A stretch of 58,124 nt of DNA, taken from assembly GCA_036565505.1 (NCBI GenBank), contig DATCMY010000117.1, forward strand, positions 1 to 58,124, read 5' to 3'. The notes under the pieces are model-generated. The model saw only the letters and a program-made list of their open reading frames with translations. It was not told the origin of the DNA and did no database searches. Of the stretch, positions 11,544 to 21,551 are shown in pieces (within the stretch, counting starts at the first letter, position 1; the number at the start of each line of letters is the position of its first letter). Origin of the DNA: Hanamia sp. (GTDB lineage: Bacteria; Bacteroidota; Bacteroidia; Chitinophagales; Chitinophagaceae). Position numbers and translations under genes: made by a program.

Positions 11544-11586
11544 TAACTGCCAAAAAAACCATGAACCGGCGGCAGTTACGGTTCAT
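11544..11586 (-). promoter_or_regulatory. Interlocked two-stem RNA element (terminator-like hairpin plus loop-pairing segment) between grpE and dnaJ
   Basis: Two perfect 8-bp complementary pairs: 11561-11568 with 11579-11586, and 11544-11551 with 11571-11578. A U7 tract lies between them on the mRNA strand. Confidence 0.55.
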
Positions 11587-11610
11587 TTTGTATTAAATGT
11601 TCAAGGTAAA

Positions 11611-12192
11611 TTATTTGCCAACTACAACTTTGGCAAACCTGATAAGTTTATCGTTTAGCAAATAACCTTTTTGGACTTCTGCCACTACTTTTCCTTTCAG
11701 TTTTTTATCATCGACTTCGATTTCAGAAATGGCTTCATCTTTTTCTACATCAAAATCAGAATGAAGGGTTTCAAAAGCTTTCAACCCTTTTGATTGCATT
11801 GTTTTTCTAAATTTATTAAACACCAGGAGAATTCCTTCTTTTAATAATTTGTCTGCATCACTTTCCTGTAATTGTTTTTCTGCCCGGTCCATATCATCCA
11901 ATACATCGAGCAGGGAAGTAATTACTTCTATTCCTGCTGTTTGTCTTAATTCAATATTTTCTTTTGAAGTACGCCTTCTATAATTATCAAATTCAGCAAA
12001 AAGACGCATATACTTATCCTTTTGTTCATCCAACTGAGATTGAAGTTTAGCGATTTCTTCATGTTGCAATTCAGGCTCTGTAATTTGTTCCTGCTTCTCC
12101 GCAGTATTGTCATTTTCATTTACAGAAAAATCTTCTGCTTCTATACGATCATTTGAATCTTTAGCGAACATATCTTTTTTATTATTTTTCAT
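11611..12192 (-). CDS. grpE: Nucleotide exchange factor GrpE
   Basis: RLFAEFDNYRRR, LLDVLDDMDRA, QKGYLLNDKLIRFAKVVV. Confidence 0.97.
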   Translation of the reverse strand: MKNNKKDMFAKDSNDRIEAEDFSVNENDNTAEKQEQITEPELQHEEIAKLQSQLDEQKDKYMRLFAEFDNYRRRTSKENIELRQTAGIEVITSLLDVLDDMDRAEKQLQESDADKLLKEGILLVFNKFRKTMQSKGLKAFETLHSDFDVEKDEAISEIEVDDKKLKGKVVAEVQKGYLLNDKLIRFAKVVVGK

Positions 12193-12208
12193 ACTATAAA
12201 ATTGGCTG

Positions 12209-12262
12209 CAAAGGTAGTACAGTCAAACTTTTTGCCAATAACAATTATTAGACAAAATGACA
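12209..12262 (-). promoter_or_regulatory. grpE-dnaJ promoter region: TACCTTTG -7 box, a TTGGCA-N5-TTTGA element and a TGTC direct repeat
   Basis: Minus strand reads TGTCATTTTGTC-N12-TTGGCAAAAAGTTTGA-CTGTAC-TACCTTTG. Confidence 0.55.
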
Positions 12263-12301
12263 CAATAATAAAATGAGAAAAATAGATAAAACAGTGAAGA
12301 T

Positions 12302-12643
12302 TTATTTGACTACCTGGAATTTTCCGGATTCTACAATATTTCCCTGCTTATCCCGAAGCTGAAAAATATAAATACCACGATAGTAATCTAAAAGGGGAAC
12401 AGTGATTTTTTGGTCTGTTACCTGAAGTTCAGCAATTTTTTTTCCAAGGAAATTAAAAATTAAAAGGCTATAAGAATTATCATAAGATTTTTCGAATTCA
12501 AAATTAATATAGCTAATAGCTGGATTAGGATAGAATTTTACTGTTTTCACAGCATCACTTGATATAAAGGTTGACTTAGCCTGTGCATCGCTGTTTGAAT
12601 GAAGGCCGGCAATAAGTATAAGTATGTAAAAAATCCTTTTCAA
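12302..12643 (-). CDS. Small T9SS type A CTD protein (signal peptide plus CTD only)
   Basis: TTG start, signal peptide ending SDAQ, then FYPNPA...IFNFLGK...GIYIFQL...KFQVVK. Confidence 0.85.
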   Translation of the reverse strand: MKRIFYILILIAGLHSNSDAQAKSTFISSDAVKTVKFYPNPAISYINFEFEKSYDNSYSLLIFNFLGKKIAELQVTDQKITVPLLDYYRGIYIFQLRDKQGNIVESGKFQVVK

Positions 12644-12943
12644 TACTACAAAATTATTAATATTATTTAAATTAACAACAATTATAATCGGATTTCAAAT
12701 TAAAACTTACTATTATAACATTTTAAAATAAAAGTGCCGAACTTATAAACGTATATTTTATATATAAAATTGTATTTAGCAAGATGCCAATTTTTATTTT
12801 ACCCTTAACATCTGACAAAAATGAAATCAGCTGCTTTTAAAATTATTATAATAAGTATTTTTTCCGATTTTATTTTGTTCAGGCAACATTATTCAAAATC
12901 AAGCTTTCGTGTTTTCCTTCGCGTAAACTTTTAGAATTATTTT

Positions 12944-13099
12944 TTACCATACCTCGTAAGAAAGTAATTCATTCTCCACCTTTATCCGGTTACCTTCTTT
13001 TATAGTGATCACTACAGCAGCAGCGGTTATTACAGCCACAGCCAAAAAATAAAAAGCCGCACATCCTTTTTTCTTTTTATTGCCAATTGATTTCTTCAT
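12944..13099 (-). CDS. Putative 51-aa small membrane protein
   Basis: My translation: MKKSIGNKKKKGCAAFYFLAVAVITAAAVVITIKEGNRIKVENELLSYEVW*. Basic N-terminus plus one hydrophobic helix; below the ORF track cutoff. Confidence 0.6.
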   Translation of the reverse strand: MKKSIGNKKKKGCAAFYFLAVAVITAAAVVITIKEGNRIKVENELLSYEVW

Positions 13100-13337
13100 A
13101 CCAAATTCTTTTCAAGATAAATTTTATATTGCAATTTAATAAAAGTCTGATTTTAAAAATTAATTGATTTGAAACAAATCAATTTTACGATATCCCCACA
13201 CAAGGAAAGTATTTTTTCTTTGAAAGAACAATTATACCGATTATACCATCAAATAGTCCAATGCCTTTTTCTATCGGCATAATACCATCTAAGATTTCAA
13301 CGTAGTCCTTTGGACTACTTATTAAATTAAGATGGTA

Positions 13338-16172
13338 TTACTTATTAAAAATATTTACAGGCATAATAATTTCCCAACGGTTACGACCTCCACTCCCAAA
13401 CATGTCAGGATCTAATAAATAACTGTACCGAACTCCGAAAGAAACATTTACCTGGTTCCACCATTTTGTATCAAAATTAATTTCCGTACCTGCAGATCGG
13501 AAATCAGCAAGAAAAGCATTTCCATTTCTATAAAAATCTTTTACATGAGTATCATCATAAAAAAAATTGGCTCTTACCCTTAGCAAGTATAGAATATCCC
13601 CAAATCCTGCATCAGGATATATTAAAGGCAAATGATAGTTAACGCCCCACTTATACATTTCATACAAATTCACCGATTGATACCCTCTTGAAAAAGGAAA
13701 ACCACTTGAAAAACTGATCTGCCCCAAACTATCTTTACGCAAATAAGCCCCGTTAAATACTATGCTGTGAGTTTTAAAAAATCCTGGGAAGTATAAATTC
13801 CCTGTAGTTAAAAATTGAAAACCTTTATATCTCGTTAAGGGAGTCTTGAATGAAAAAGATAATGTTTGTGCAAACTGCGGATATATCTGTTGTTTCGCCT
13901 GTTGAACCTGGTGGCTGAATGTAATAAAGTTGCTGTTATAGCTATAAGAATTATTACCCAAAGTATCTTTATAATTTCCTTTAAAGAAACTTTGGTTGTA
14001 TACATATTGTGAACCAAAATTCAGGAATGTAAATGAACGCCCTTTGCTTAAATTCAATGGAATATTAAACCCTGCGTATGGTTCAAATTGATTAAAATAA
14101 ACCTGGTTTCCATGAAGGAAAGCGCTTCTGTCAAAAGAATATTTTATCCCGGCAGATAAATAGGGAAACAATGCAGCATATGTTGCGTCAAAACCGATTT
14201 GCTTAAATTTTTCTGAACGATCGTATGTAAATGATAAACTTGATTGAAGTGTATTTAAAATATTTTCACTCAGAAGTGATAATGTATATTGAGGATCATT
14301 AACCGCAGGCTCTATACTATGAAAATTAAAAAGCTTAAAGCTCTTGGCGTATTTAGAAATGATAAACTTTTCGGCAGGAACCTTATCAAGTAAATTTGAA
14401 TTTGAATTATTAATAGCAGTAATCCCAAAAATGGAAGTGATTTTTTGCAAACTCCCTATATTCATTTCTAAAAATCGCAAATTGCTTTTGGATGTTTTTT
14501 GTAACCGGAACCCTTCATCTGTAAATACGCTCCATATTATATTAGAATCATTTACGGAAAGATGGTATTTACTATAGCCCTTATTATTATCAGTTTGAAT
14601 TTGCCATATTTTTTTATCGGCGAATGTGTAAGCAAAAAGTTCGGTATTTTTCAAATAGGAATAAGAAAAATAAAGTGTGTCGTGCAAAATAAAAGGAAAC
14701 CCGATTACATTAAAAGAAAGGGGAAGAAGGTATTGGGTTTTACCATCCGGTAAATCAACTTCCGCAATTGACATTTTCCCTTCAGAGTTTCTAACTGCCG
14801 AAACTATTTTTTGATCTCCATAAAATTTTGGATAAGTATAAAAAAGGTGATCAGGATTAGGAATTGAAGTAATTAATTTTCCATTGTCTGCATCTAATAA
14901 ATCAAGGTTGCATTTACCAGAAAAAGGTTCATTAACCGCTATTATTTTTTTACCGTCATTACTAATGTCTGGTGAAAAATATTTGGTATGATTTGTTAGC
15001 GTTTGCTGATTTCCGTTAGTAATATCAAGCACCCGCAAATCGCTGTAATCACGATAACCCCATCTTACATCGGGGCGATAAGAAGCATAAACAATCTTTC
15101 CATTTCTATAACTGAAATATTTATCAATGGAATAATCCTGTGTTCTTAATTTGGATTCAGTATTTTCCTTGCGTACTATGAATTCAGGGATTTGCTTGTA
15201 CCCGCTTTTTACAAAAATAACAGAACCATCCTCCCCAAATACAGGGTATTGCTCATCAACAAAAGTTTTTAAACTTTCTCCGCCAGAAAGGTTTTCTGCT
15301 GACGAAAATTTCTCTAAATCAAATTGCCTTTTAAAAAAATTCATTGCCTCATTACGGAAAGTAACATAATCTACACCCGAATACTTTTTTATAGCATGCT
15401 GAAAAGGATAAAATAAACTTTTAAATGCAGCGGCATTCTGCGTCACTTTTTCCCAAAACTGATCACCGTATTTTTCACGGCCATAAGCCACCAGCATATA
15501 ACCCAAAGGATAATGATCAGGAACAAAATCTTTAAGAGACCCATTTCTCAACTTCATCCACCTATAATTTTTCCCCGCCGCCCAAAGAGAGCGGTAGCCA
15601 TCAAAAAAAGAAGGTAAACTTCCACGCCCTTGTTTACTAAGATTAGTTTCATTAAAAACGGCATCTCCCTCATAAAACCAATTAGGAATGGCCGTATTAT
15701 TAGCAAGTGCCTGGCCTTCTTCTCCAAAAAAAATACGCATCAATTTAGAAAGCCCCACATTAAAATTATTGAATTGTTCTACATGCCTGTATTCATGTAT
15801 GGTAAGTTGATCGGGCCATGGAAGACTGCCTAATTCAAAACTATTTTGATCGGGTGTCATTAAAAATTCACTTCTGAAAGGGCCAAGGCCAACATAAGCA
15901 TTTGAAATAGTAGTTTGATTTTGAAGAACAAGATTTATTTTTCTTGTTCTGTAACCAATAGTACTTTCAGTAGGTTTCTTTATAAAAGAAATAATGTTGG
16001 AAATTCTTGTTGCTATGGAATCAAGCCCTGTTGGAAATATAACCCGCGATGCAGTTGTATTTATTTGTTTCCATTTTATAGATGGCGGATTCCCACCAAA
16101 AATTTGTGCGAATCCATTAATAGAATACAGGGCCAATGAAATGAATAAGGTGCATTTAGGTTTTAGAAACAT
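13338..16172 (-). CDS. Outer-membrane protein: N-terminal zincin-like domain, TolB/WD40-like propeller, Omp85-like C-terminal barrel
   Basis: Signal peptide; HEYRH...WFYEGDA zincin motif; YFSPDISNDGKKI-type repeats; C-terminal amphipathic strands with an SRGY loop motif. Confidence 0.65.
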   Translation of the reverse strand: MFLKPKCTLFISLALYSINGFAQIFGGNPPSIKWKQINTTASRVIFPTGLDSIATRISNIISFIKKPTESTIGYRTRKINLVLQNQTTISNAYVGLGPFRSEFLMTPDQNSFELGSLPWPDQLTIHEYRHVEQFNNFNVGLSKLMRIFFGEEGQALANNTAIPNWFYEGDAVFNETNLSKQGRGSLPSFFDGYRSLWAAGKNYRWMKLRNGSLKDFVPDHYPLGYMLVAYGREKYGDQFWEKVTQNAAAFKSLFYPFQHAIKKYSGVDYVTFRNEAMNFFKRQFDLEKFSSAENLSGGESLKTFVDEQYPVFGEDGSVIFVKSGYKQIPEFIVRKENTESKLRTQDYSIDKYFSYRNGKIVYASYRPDVRWGYRDYSDLRVLDITNGNQQTLTNHTKYFSPDISNDGKKIIAVNEPFSGKCNLDLLDADNGKLITSIPNPDHLFYTYPKFYGDQKIVSAVRNSEGKMSIAEVDLPDGKTQYLLPLSFNVIGFPFILHDTLYFSYSYLKNTELFAYTFADKKIWQIQTDNNKGYSKYHLSVNDSNIIWSVFTDEGFRLQKTSKSNLRFLEMNIGSLQKITSIFGITAINNSNSNLLDKVPAEKFIISKYAKSFKLFNFHSIEPAVNDPQYTLSLLSENILNTLQSSLSFTYDRSEKFKQIGFDATYAALFPYLSAGIKYSFDRSAFLHGNQVYFNQFEPYAGFNIPLNLSKGRSFTFLNFGSQYVYNQSFFKGNYKDTLGNNSYSYNSNFITFSHQVQQAKQQIYPQFAQTLSFSFKTPLTRYKGFQFLTTGNLYFPGFFKTHSIVFNGAYLRKDSLGQISFSSGFPFSRGYQSVNLYEMYKWGVNYHLPLIYPDAGFGDILYLLRVRANFFYDDTHVKDFYRNGNAFLADFRSAGTEINFDTKWWNQVNVSFGVRYSYLLDPDMFGSGGRNRWEIIMPVNIFNK

Positions 16173-16691
16173 GTTTTATATTTTCTGAAATAAAGTTTAG
16201 AGAAATGTTTTCTGCATAATTGATGTATTCAACTAATAAAAACAAAAAAGGTTTCGGAATAGGGTTTTATGAAAAAGTAATATTCAAAATCTTTTGGTTT
16301 TTAAAATTATACTTTTAGTAATTAATTTCTGTTATTTATTATTAATAAAATTCTTTTTTAATTGCAGGCATACTATTTTTATTTTAATAAAATTTCACTT
16401 ATAATACCAATAAAAATTTACCTATACTTAAGCTTGCACCCCTGGGGATCTTCCGATCCAATCCAACTTGATATGGAAAGGCAGCAATAAATTTTATTGA
16501 TTTATAATTTGTTAAAGACAAACAAAATAAAATAATAAATTATACATTGACAAAAGATAGGTAGACTTTTATAAATCAATGATTTATTCTTATTTCAACT
16601 TATCCACAATAATGGATAATCCAACACTTTTCTTCTATTCTCTTCGTTTCTATTATAGATAACCTGAATCCAAAATTCCAACATCTGATCC

Positions 16692-19600
16692 TTGAAGAAC
16701 TTACACTTATCTATCCCCCTATGTATTAAGGCCAACAAGTCTTTGGTTTTATTTTTTTTATTATTTTTCAACAGCCTTTTGGCTAATGCCCAACTTAAAG
16801 CAGATTTTAAATCTAATGTTGTGGTAGGTTGTGCACCGCTTGTAGTACAATTTAATGACGTTTCAACGGGAAATCCATCATCATGGTCATGGGACCTTGG
16901 CAATAATACAAAATCTTCCTTAGAGAATCCTTCAGTTGCCTACTTTAACCCAGGGTCCTATACGGTTAAATTAATTATACGAAATGCTTTTGGAATTGAT
17001 TCAGTTACAAAAGTTCAATACATTACTGTTTATTCTTCCCCGGTTATTAATTTTAGTGGTTCACCATTAAGCGGATGTTTTCCTTTGACTCCACAATTTA
17101 CAGATTTAAGTTTTCCAGGAAGTGGCACCATTTCAAATTGGCAATGGGATTTTGGCGATGGCAATTTTTCCAGTTTACAAAATCCAAATCATACTTATAC
17201 AGCTATTGGAAATTTTAATGTATCCCTGAAAGTTAGTAACAACTTTGGATGTGTTACTTCTAAAACCACTACTTCTTATGTACATATTAATTCGGGTGTA
17301 AAAGCGCAGTTTACCAATTCGGTTTCCAGCACATGTAATGCACCTGCAACAATCAACTTTCTTAATAGTTCTACAGGAACCGATTCGTTAACTTATCAAT
17401 GGGATTTTGGCGATGGAAGTGCTTCTACTTTAGCCAACCCTTCTCACACCTATAATTCTTCAGGAAAATTCTCTGTCACATTGGTTGTATCCAATCTTAC
17501 GGGCTGTACAGATACTTTAAAAAAAGCAGATTTAATTACAATAGGCAATGCAAAAGCAGATTTCTCTGTTCCGGCAACTATCTGCCAGGGTACTTCGTTT
17601 AATTTCAATAATACGAGCAACCCCGTTCCGGGAACAATAACCTGGGACTTCGGTGATGGCACTATTTCAAATTCAATTAATCCGATAAAAGCTTATGCAA
17701 ATTCAGGAAACTATACAATAAAAATGGTGGCTAATTTTGGAGCCTGCAAAGATTCTGTCAGCAAAACTCTCCAGGTTATTGCAACTCCGGTCGTGAATTT
17801 TTCAGCACCAACTACTGTTGCCTGCAAGGCGCCTTTCACTGTTAATTTTGTAAATACTACATCGGGAGGCGCCGCTTATCTCTGGGATTTTGGTGATGGT
17901 GCTACCTCCGATGTACAAAATGCTTCACACACTTATTTGAAAGAAGGAAGCTATACTGTAAAACTTATAGTTACCAATGCTTCTGGCTGCAAAGACAGTA
18001 TGGTAAAAACTAATTTTATAAAAATAAAATCACCTGTTGTATCAATTAACAATTTACCTCAAAAAGGATGCGCACCCCTTGAACATACTTTTACAGCAAA
18101 TGTAAATTCAATTGATGCAATCACTAATTATCAATGGAATTTTGGAGATGGAAATACATCAAATGCTACGTCTCCCACACATATATACAATTCTCCCGGA
18201 AGTTACACTGTTACCTTAACATATACCACGGCAGGTGGCTGCACTGATTCAATAAAAGTAATAAATGGAATTTTAGTTGGTTCAAAACCACAATCAAATT
18301 TCTCTGCAGACCCAAGAAATGCATGTGCATATAAAAGCATTCAGTTCACCGATAATTCTACAGGAAATCCTAATCAATGGCTCTGGTATTTTGGCGATGG
18401 CGGCAGTTCTGAAATCCAAAACCCTAATCATCAATATAATGATACCGGATATTTTCCAGTGACCTTGATTGCAATTAATAACGGCTGCGCCGATACAATA
18501 TCTTTTCCTAACGAAATTCATATTAATCCACCAGTTGCCCGTTTTATTGATGCAAATACTTGTGAAAATCCCCTGCAAGTTATTTTTACAGATAAATCCA
18601 TTGGTGCCAATACCTGGTATTGGGATTTTGGTGACGGCCAAACGGCAACGGTGGAGAACCCAACACATAATTATCCATCTGCCGGCATTTACACAGTTGC
18701 ATTAACGGTTACTAATCAACTAACAGGCTGTTCCATGACGAAAACTGAGAATCTGCAGATTATAAAAGAGATAGCGAATTTTATTTCCAGTGATTCTGTT
18801 GTGTGCAGGAATGCCACAGTAAATTTTACCGCCTTAAACAATATTCCAGGCAATATCAGTTCCTACATTTGGAGATTTGGTGATGGTATTTCGATTTCAG
18901 ATTCTTCCAATTCAATCAATCATCAATATTCAAAAGCATCCGCCTATAACGTAACCTTAATTCTTAAAGATGTAAATGGCTGCCTGGATTCTATCACAAA
19001 GCCTTTATCTATACAGGTTGACGGACCAACTGCATTTTTTCGTTCTTCTGTACCAGGCTCTTGCCTTAATAATGACGTTAACTTTTTTGACAGTTCTTTT
19101 ACTGATGGAGTACATACCATCCAGCAATGGAAATGGAATTGGGGCGATGGTAATTCCCAATCATTCACAGCGCCTCCTTTTAGTCATTTGTATGCTACCC
19201 CAGGTAATTATTCGGTTTCATTAAAAGTAACCGATAGCAAAGGATGTACAGATAGCAGCAATAAACCAAATGCAATTATTGTTTCAGAACCAAAAGCAAT
19301 TTTTTCCGGAGACACACTTTCCTGTACATCACAGCCGGTTTCTTTTTACAATTCATCAACAGGACCGGGTTTAATTTATGCCTGGGATTTTGGGGATGGT
19401 ACTACTTCCAGTCAAAAAAATCCTGTTCATACATATAATAAAGAAGGAATTTATACAGTAAGTCTTACCATTAATGATGTTTATGGTTGTAACAATTCAA
19501 TTTCAAAAACCAATTATGTAAGAATAGCAAACCCAAGAGCAGATTTTTCATTAAGTGATTCAGAAAGCACATGCCCACCCCTTGTGGTTAATTTTACTAA

Positions 19601-21518
19601 TACTTCATCAAATTATTCAAAATGGACGTGGGATTTTGGAGATGGCACTTCTTCTTCAGAGCTTAATCCCTCTCATTTTTATTCTGCTGTGGGAACATTT
19701 AACGCAATACTTACTATTACCGGTCCCGGAGGTTGTTCTTCACAAAAAATAAAGCAAATAAAGGTAGATGGACCTTCCGGAACATTCTCCTATACAAATT
19801 TGACCGGATGCAATCCTTTGCAAACAAATTTTAAAGCGCATACCGGAAAAAATATTTCTTTCATTTGGGATTTTAATGATGGTTCTACCATTACCTCGCC
19901 GGATTCAAGTGCCACCCACATTTTTACAACGCCTGGAAAGTATTTACCAAAAATGATTCTGGTGAATGCCAATGGATGCAGCGTACCGGTTAAAGGAAAA
20001 GATACCATAACAGTTTTTGGAGTGGTTGCCTCTTTTCAGCAATCGCAAAGTCTGGTTTGCGATGCCGGAAATGTACAATTTAAGAATTCAAGTATTTTTA
20101 ATGATGCTATTGTTAATTACCTATGGAAATTTGGAGATGGCACTACTTCAATACAGGAAAATCCATTACACCAATATAATAAAACAGGAATTTATAATAC
20201 AACGCTTGCTGTAACAACCCAAAGGGGCTGTAAGGATTCTGTTCTCATTCCCAATTCTGTAAGAGTTAACAGAGTTCCGAGATTTTTAATTAATGGAAAT
20301 TCAGGTGCATGTGTACCTGCCGCTTTAAATTTTTCAGGTTCTATTACAAATCCTGACACTTCCACTATTTCATGGAAATGGGATTTTGCTAACGGCAATA
20401 TATCTACGCAGCAAACTCCACTGGCTCAAAATTATTCAAAAGATGGAATTTATAGTGTAAAAGCAATTGCAGCAAGCAGCAACGGATGTAGTGATACAGT
20501 TACTAAAACAATAGAAATTTATCCGTTACCCAATTTAATCAAAACTTCAAATGCGATTGTTTGCCTTGGATCAACCGAACCTTTGCAGGTAAGCGGCGCA
20601 CAATATTATTCATGGAGCCCATCAACTTATCTTTCCTGCAACAATTGCGCAAACCCTGTTTCTAAACCCGATTCATCAATTAATTACCAGGTAAAAGGAA
20701 CAAGTAATAAAGGCTGTATTTCTAAAGATTCCGTTTTTCTTTTAGTGAAATTCCCTTTTAAACTATCCGTTAGTAAAAATGATACTTTATGTCTTGGAAG
20801 ATCCGTGCAATTAAATGCAAGTGGAACAGAAGTATATAACTGGTATCCATCAGCAGGCCTAAATAATTCTTCGATTTCATCGCCGTTGGCTTCACCTGCC
20901 ACCACTACTGTTTATCAGGTTATTGGTTCCGATTCTAAAGGTTGTTTTAAAGATACAGGTTATATTCCTGTAAAAGTTTTTCCAATTCCGGTTGTAAATG
21001 CGGGTTCGGATAAAACGATTAATGTAGGCCAGCAGTTTGAAATAATTCCACAAATATCAAAAGATGTAACCAATGTAACATGGACACCTACAAGCGGGAT
21101 TATTTCAAATAATTATCCAGGAATAATAGTAAAACCTACAGAGTCTATTGAATACACTATTGATGTAAAAAACGCAGGAGGATGCAGGGCTCGTGATAAA
21201 ATATCCATTTATGTTTTGTGCAACAATGCAAACATTTTTGTTCCCAATACCTTTTCGCCGAACGGTGATGGTGAGAACGATATTTTTTATCCAAGAGGAA
21301 ATGGTGTTTTTAAAATTAAAAATCTTCGGGTTTTTAACCGCTGGGGAGAAATAGTGTTTGAAAAATCAAACTTTAATGCAAACGATGCCTCTTCCGGGTG
21401 GGATGGAACTTATAAAGGGAGAAAACTTTCTGCCGATGTTTTTGTTTATACCCTTGAAGTAGTATGTGAAAACAATACCAATCTTGTTTTTAAAGGAAAT
21501 ATTGCATTAATAAACTAA
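16692..21518 (+). CDS. Large PKD-repeat surface protein with T9SS type B (gliding-motility-associated) CTD
   Basis: About 15 WxFGDG-type PKD repeats; C-terminal FVPNTFSPNGDGENDIF...FNRWGE...WDG. Confidence 0.93.
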   Translation: MKNLHLSIPLCIKANKSLVLFFLLFFNSLLANAQLKADFKSNVVVGCAPLVVQFNDVSTGNPSSWSWDLGNNTKSSLENPSVAYFNPGSYTVKLIIRNAFGIDSVTKVQYITVYSSPVINFSGSPLSGCFPLTPQFTDLSFPGSGTISNWQWDFGDGNFSSLQNPNHTYTAIGNFNVSLKVSNNFGCVTSKTTTSYVHINSGVKAQFTNSVSSTCNAPATINFLNSSTGTDSLTYQWDFGDGSASTLANPSHTYNSSGKFSVTLVVSNLTGCTDTLKKADLITIGNAKADFSVPATICQGTSFNFNNTSNPVPGTITWDFGDGTISNSINPIKAYANSGNYTIKMVANFGACKDSVSKTLQVIATPVVNFSAPTTVACKAPFTVNFVNTTSGGAAYLWDFGDGATSDVQNASHTYLKEGSYTVKLIVTNASGCKDSMVKTNFIKIKSPVVSINNLPQKGCAPLEHTFTANVNSIDAITNYQWNFGDGNTSNATSPTHIYNSPGSYTVTLTYTTAGGCTDSIKVINGILVGSKPQSNFSADPRNACAYKSIQFTDNSTGNPNQWLWYFGDGGSSEIQNPNHQYNDTGYFPVTLIAINNGCADTISFPNEIHINPPVARFIDANTCENPLQVIFTDKSIGANTWYWDFGDGQTATVENPTHNYPSAGIYTVALTVTNQLTGCSMTKTENLQIIKEIANFISSDSVVCRNATVNFTALNNIPGNISSYIWRFGDGISISDSSNSINHQYSKASAYNVTLILKDVNGCLDSITKPLSIQVDGPTAFFRSSVPGSCLNNDVNFFDSSFTDGVHTIQQWKWNWGDGNSQSFTAPPFSHLYATPGNYSVSLKVTDSKGCTDSSNKPNAIIVSEPKAIFSGDTLSCTSQPVSFYNSSTGPGLIYAWDFGDGTTSSQKNPVHTYNKEGIYTVSLTINDVYGCNNSISKTNYVRIANPRADFSLSDSESTCPPLVVNFTNTSSNYSKWTWDFGDGTSSSELNPSHFYSAVGTFNAILTITGPGGCSSQKIKQIKVDGPSGTFSYTNLTGCNPLQTNFKAHTGKNISFIWDFNDGSTITSPDSSATHIFTTPGKYLPKMILVNANGCSVPVKGKDTITVFGVVASFQQSQSLVCDAGNVQFKNSSIFNDAIVNYLWKFGDGTTSIQENPLHQYNKTGIYNTTLAVTTQRGCKDSVLIPNSVRVNRVPRFLINGNSGACVPAALNFSGSITNPDTSTISWKWDFANGNISTQQTPLAQNYSKDGIYSVKAIAASSNGCSDTVTKTIEIYPLPNLIKTSNAIVCLGSTEPLQVSGAQYYSWSPSTYLSCNNCANPVSKPDSSINYQVKGTSNKGCISKDSVFLLVKFPFKLSVSKNDTLCLGRSVQLNASGTEVYNWYPSAGLNNSSISSPLASPATTTVYQVIGSDSKGCFKDTGYIPVKVFPIPVVNAGSDKTINVGQQFEIIPQISKDVTNVTWTPTSGIISNNYPGIIVKPTESIEYTIDVKNAGGCRARDKISIYVLCNNANIFVPNTFSPNGDGENDIFYPRGNGVFKIKNLRVFNRWGEIVFEKSNFNANDASSGWDGTYKGRKLSADVFVYTLEVVCENNTNLVFKGNIALIN

Positions 21519-21551
21519 CTAATCCAACTAGTAACTTATCAACATATCAAA

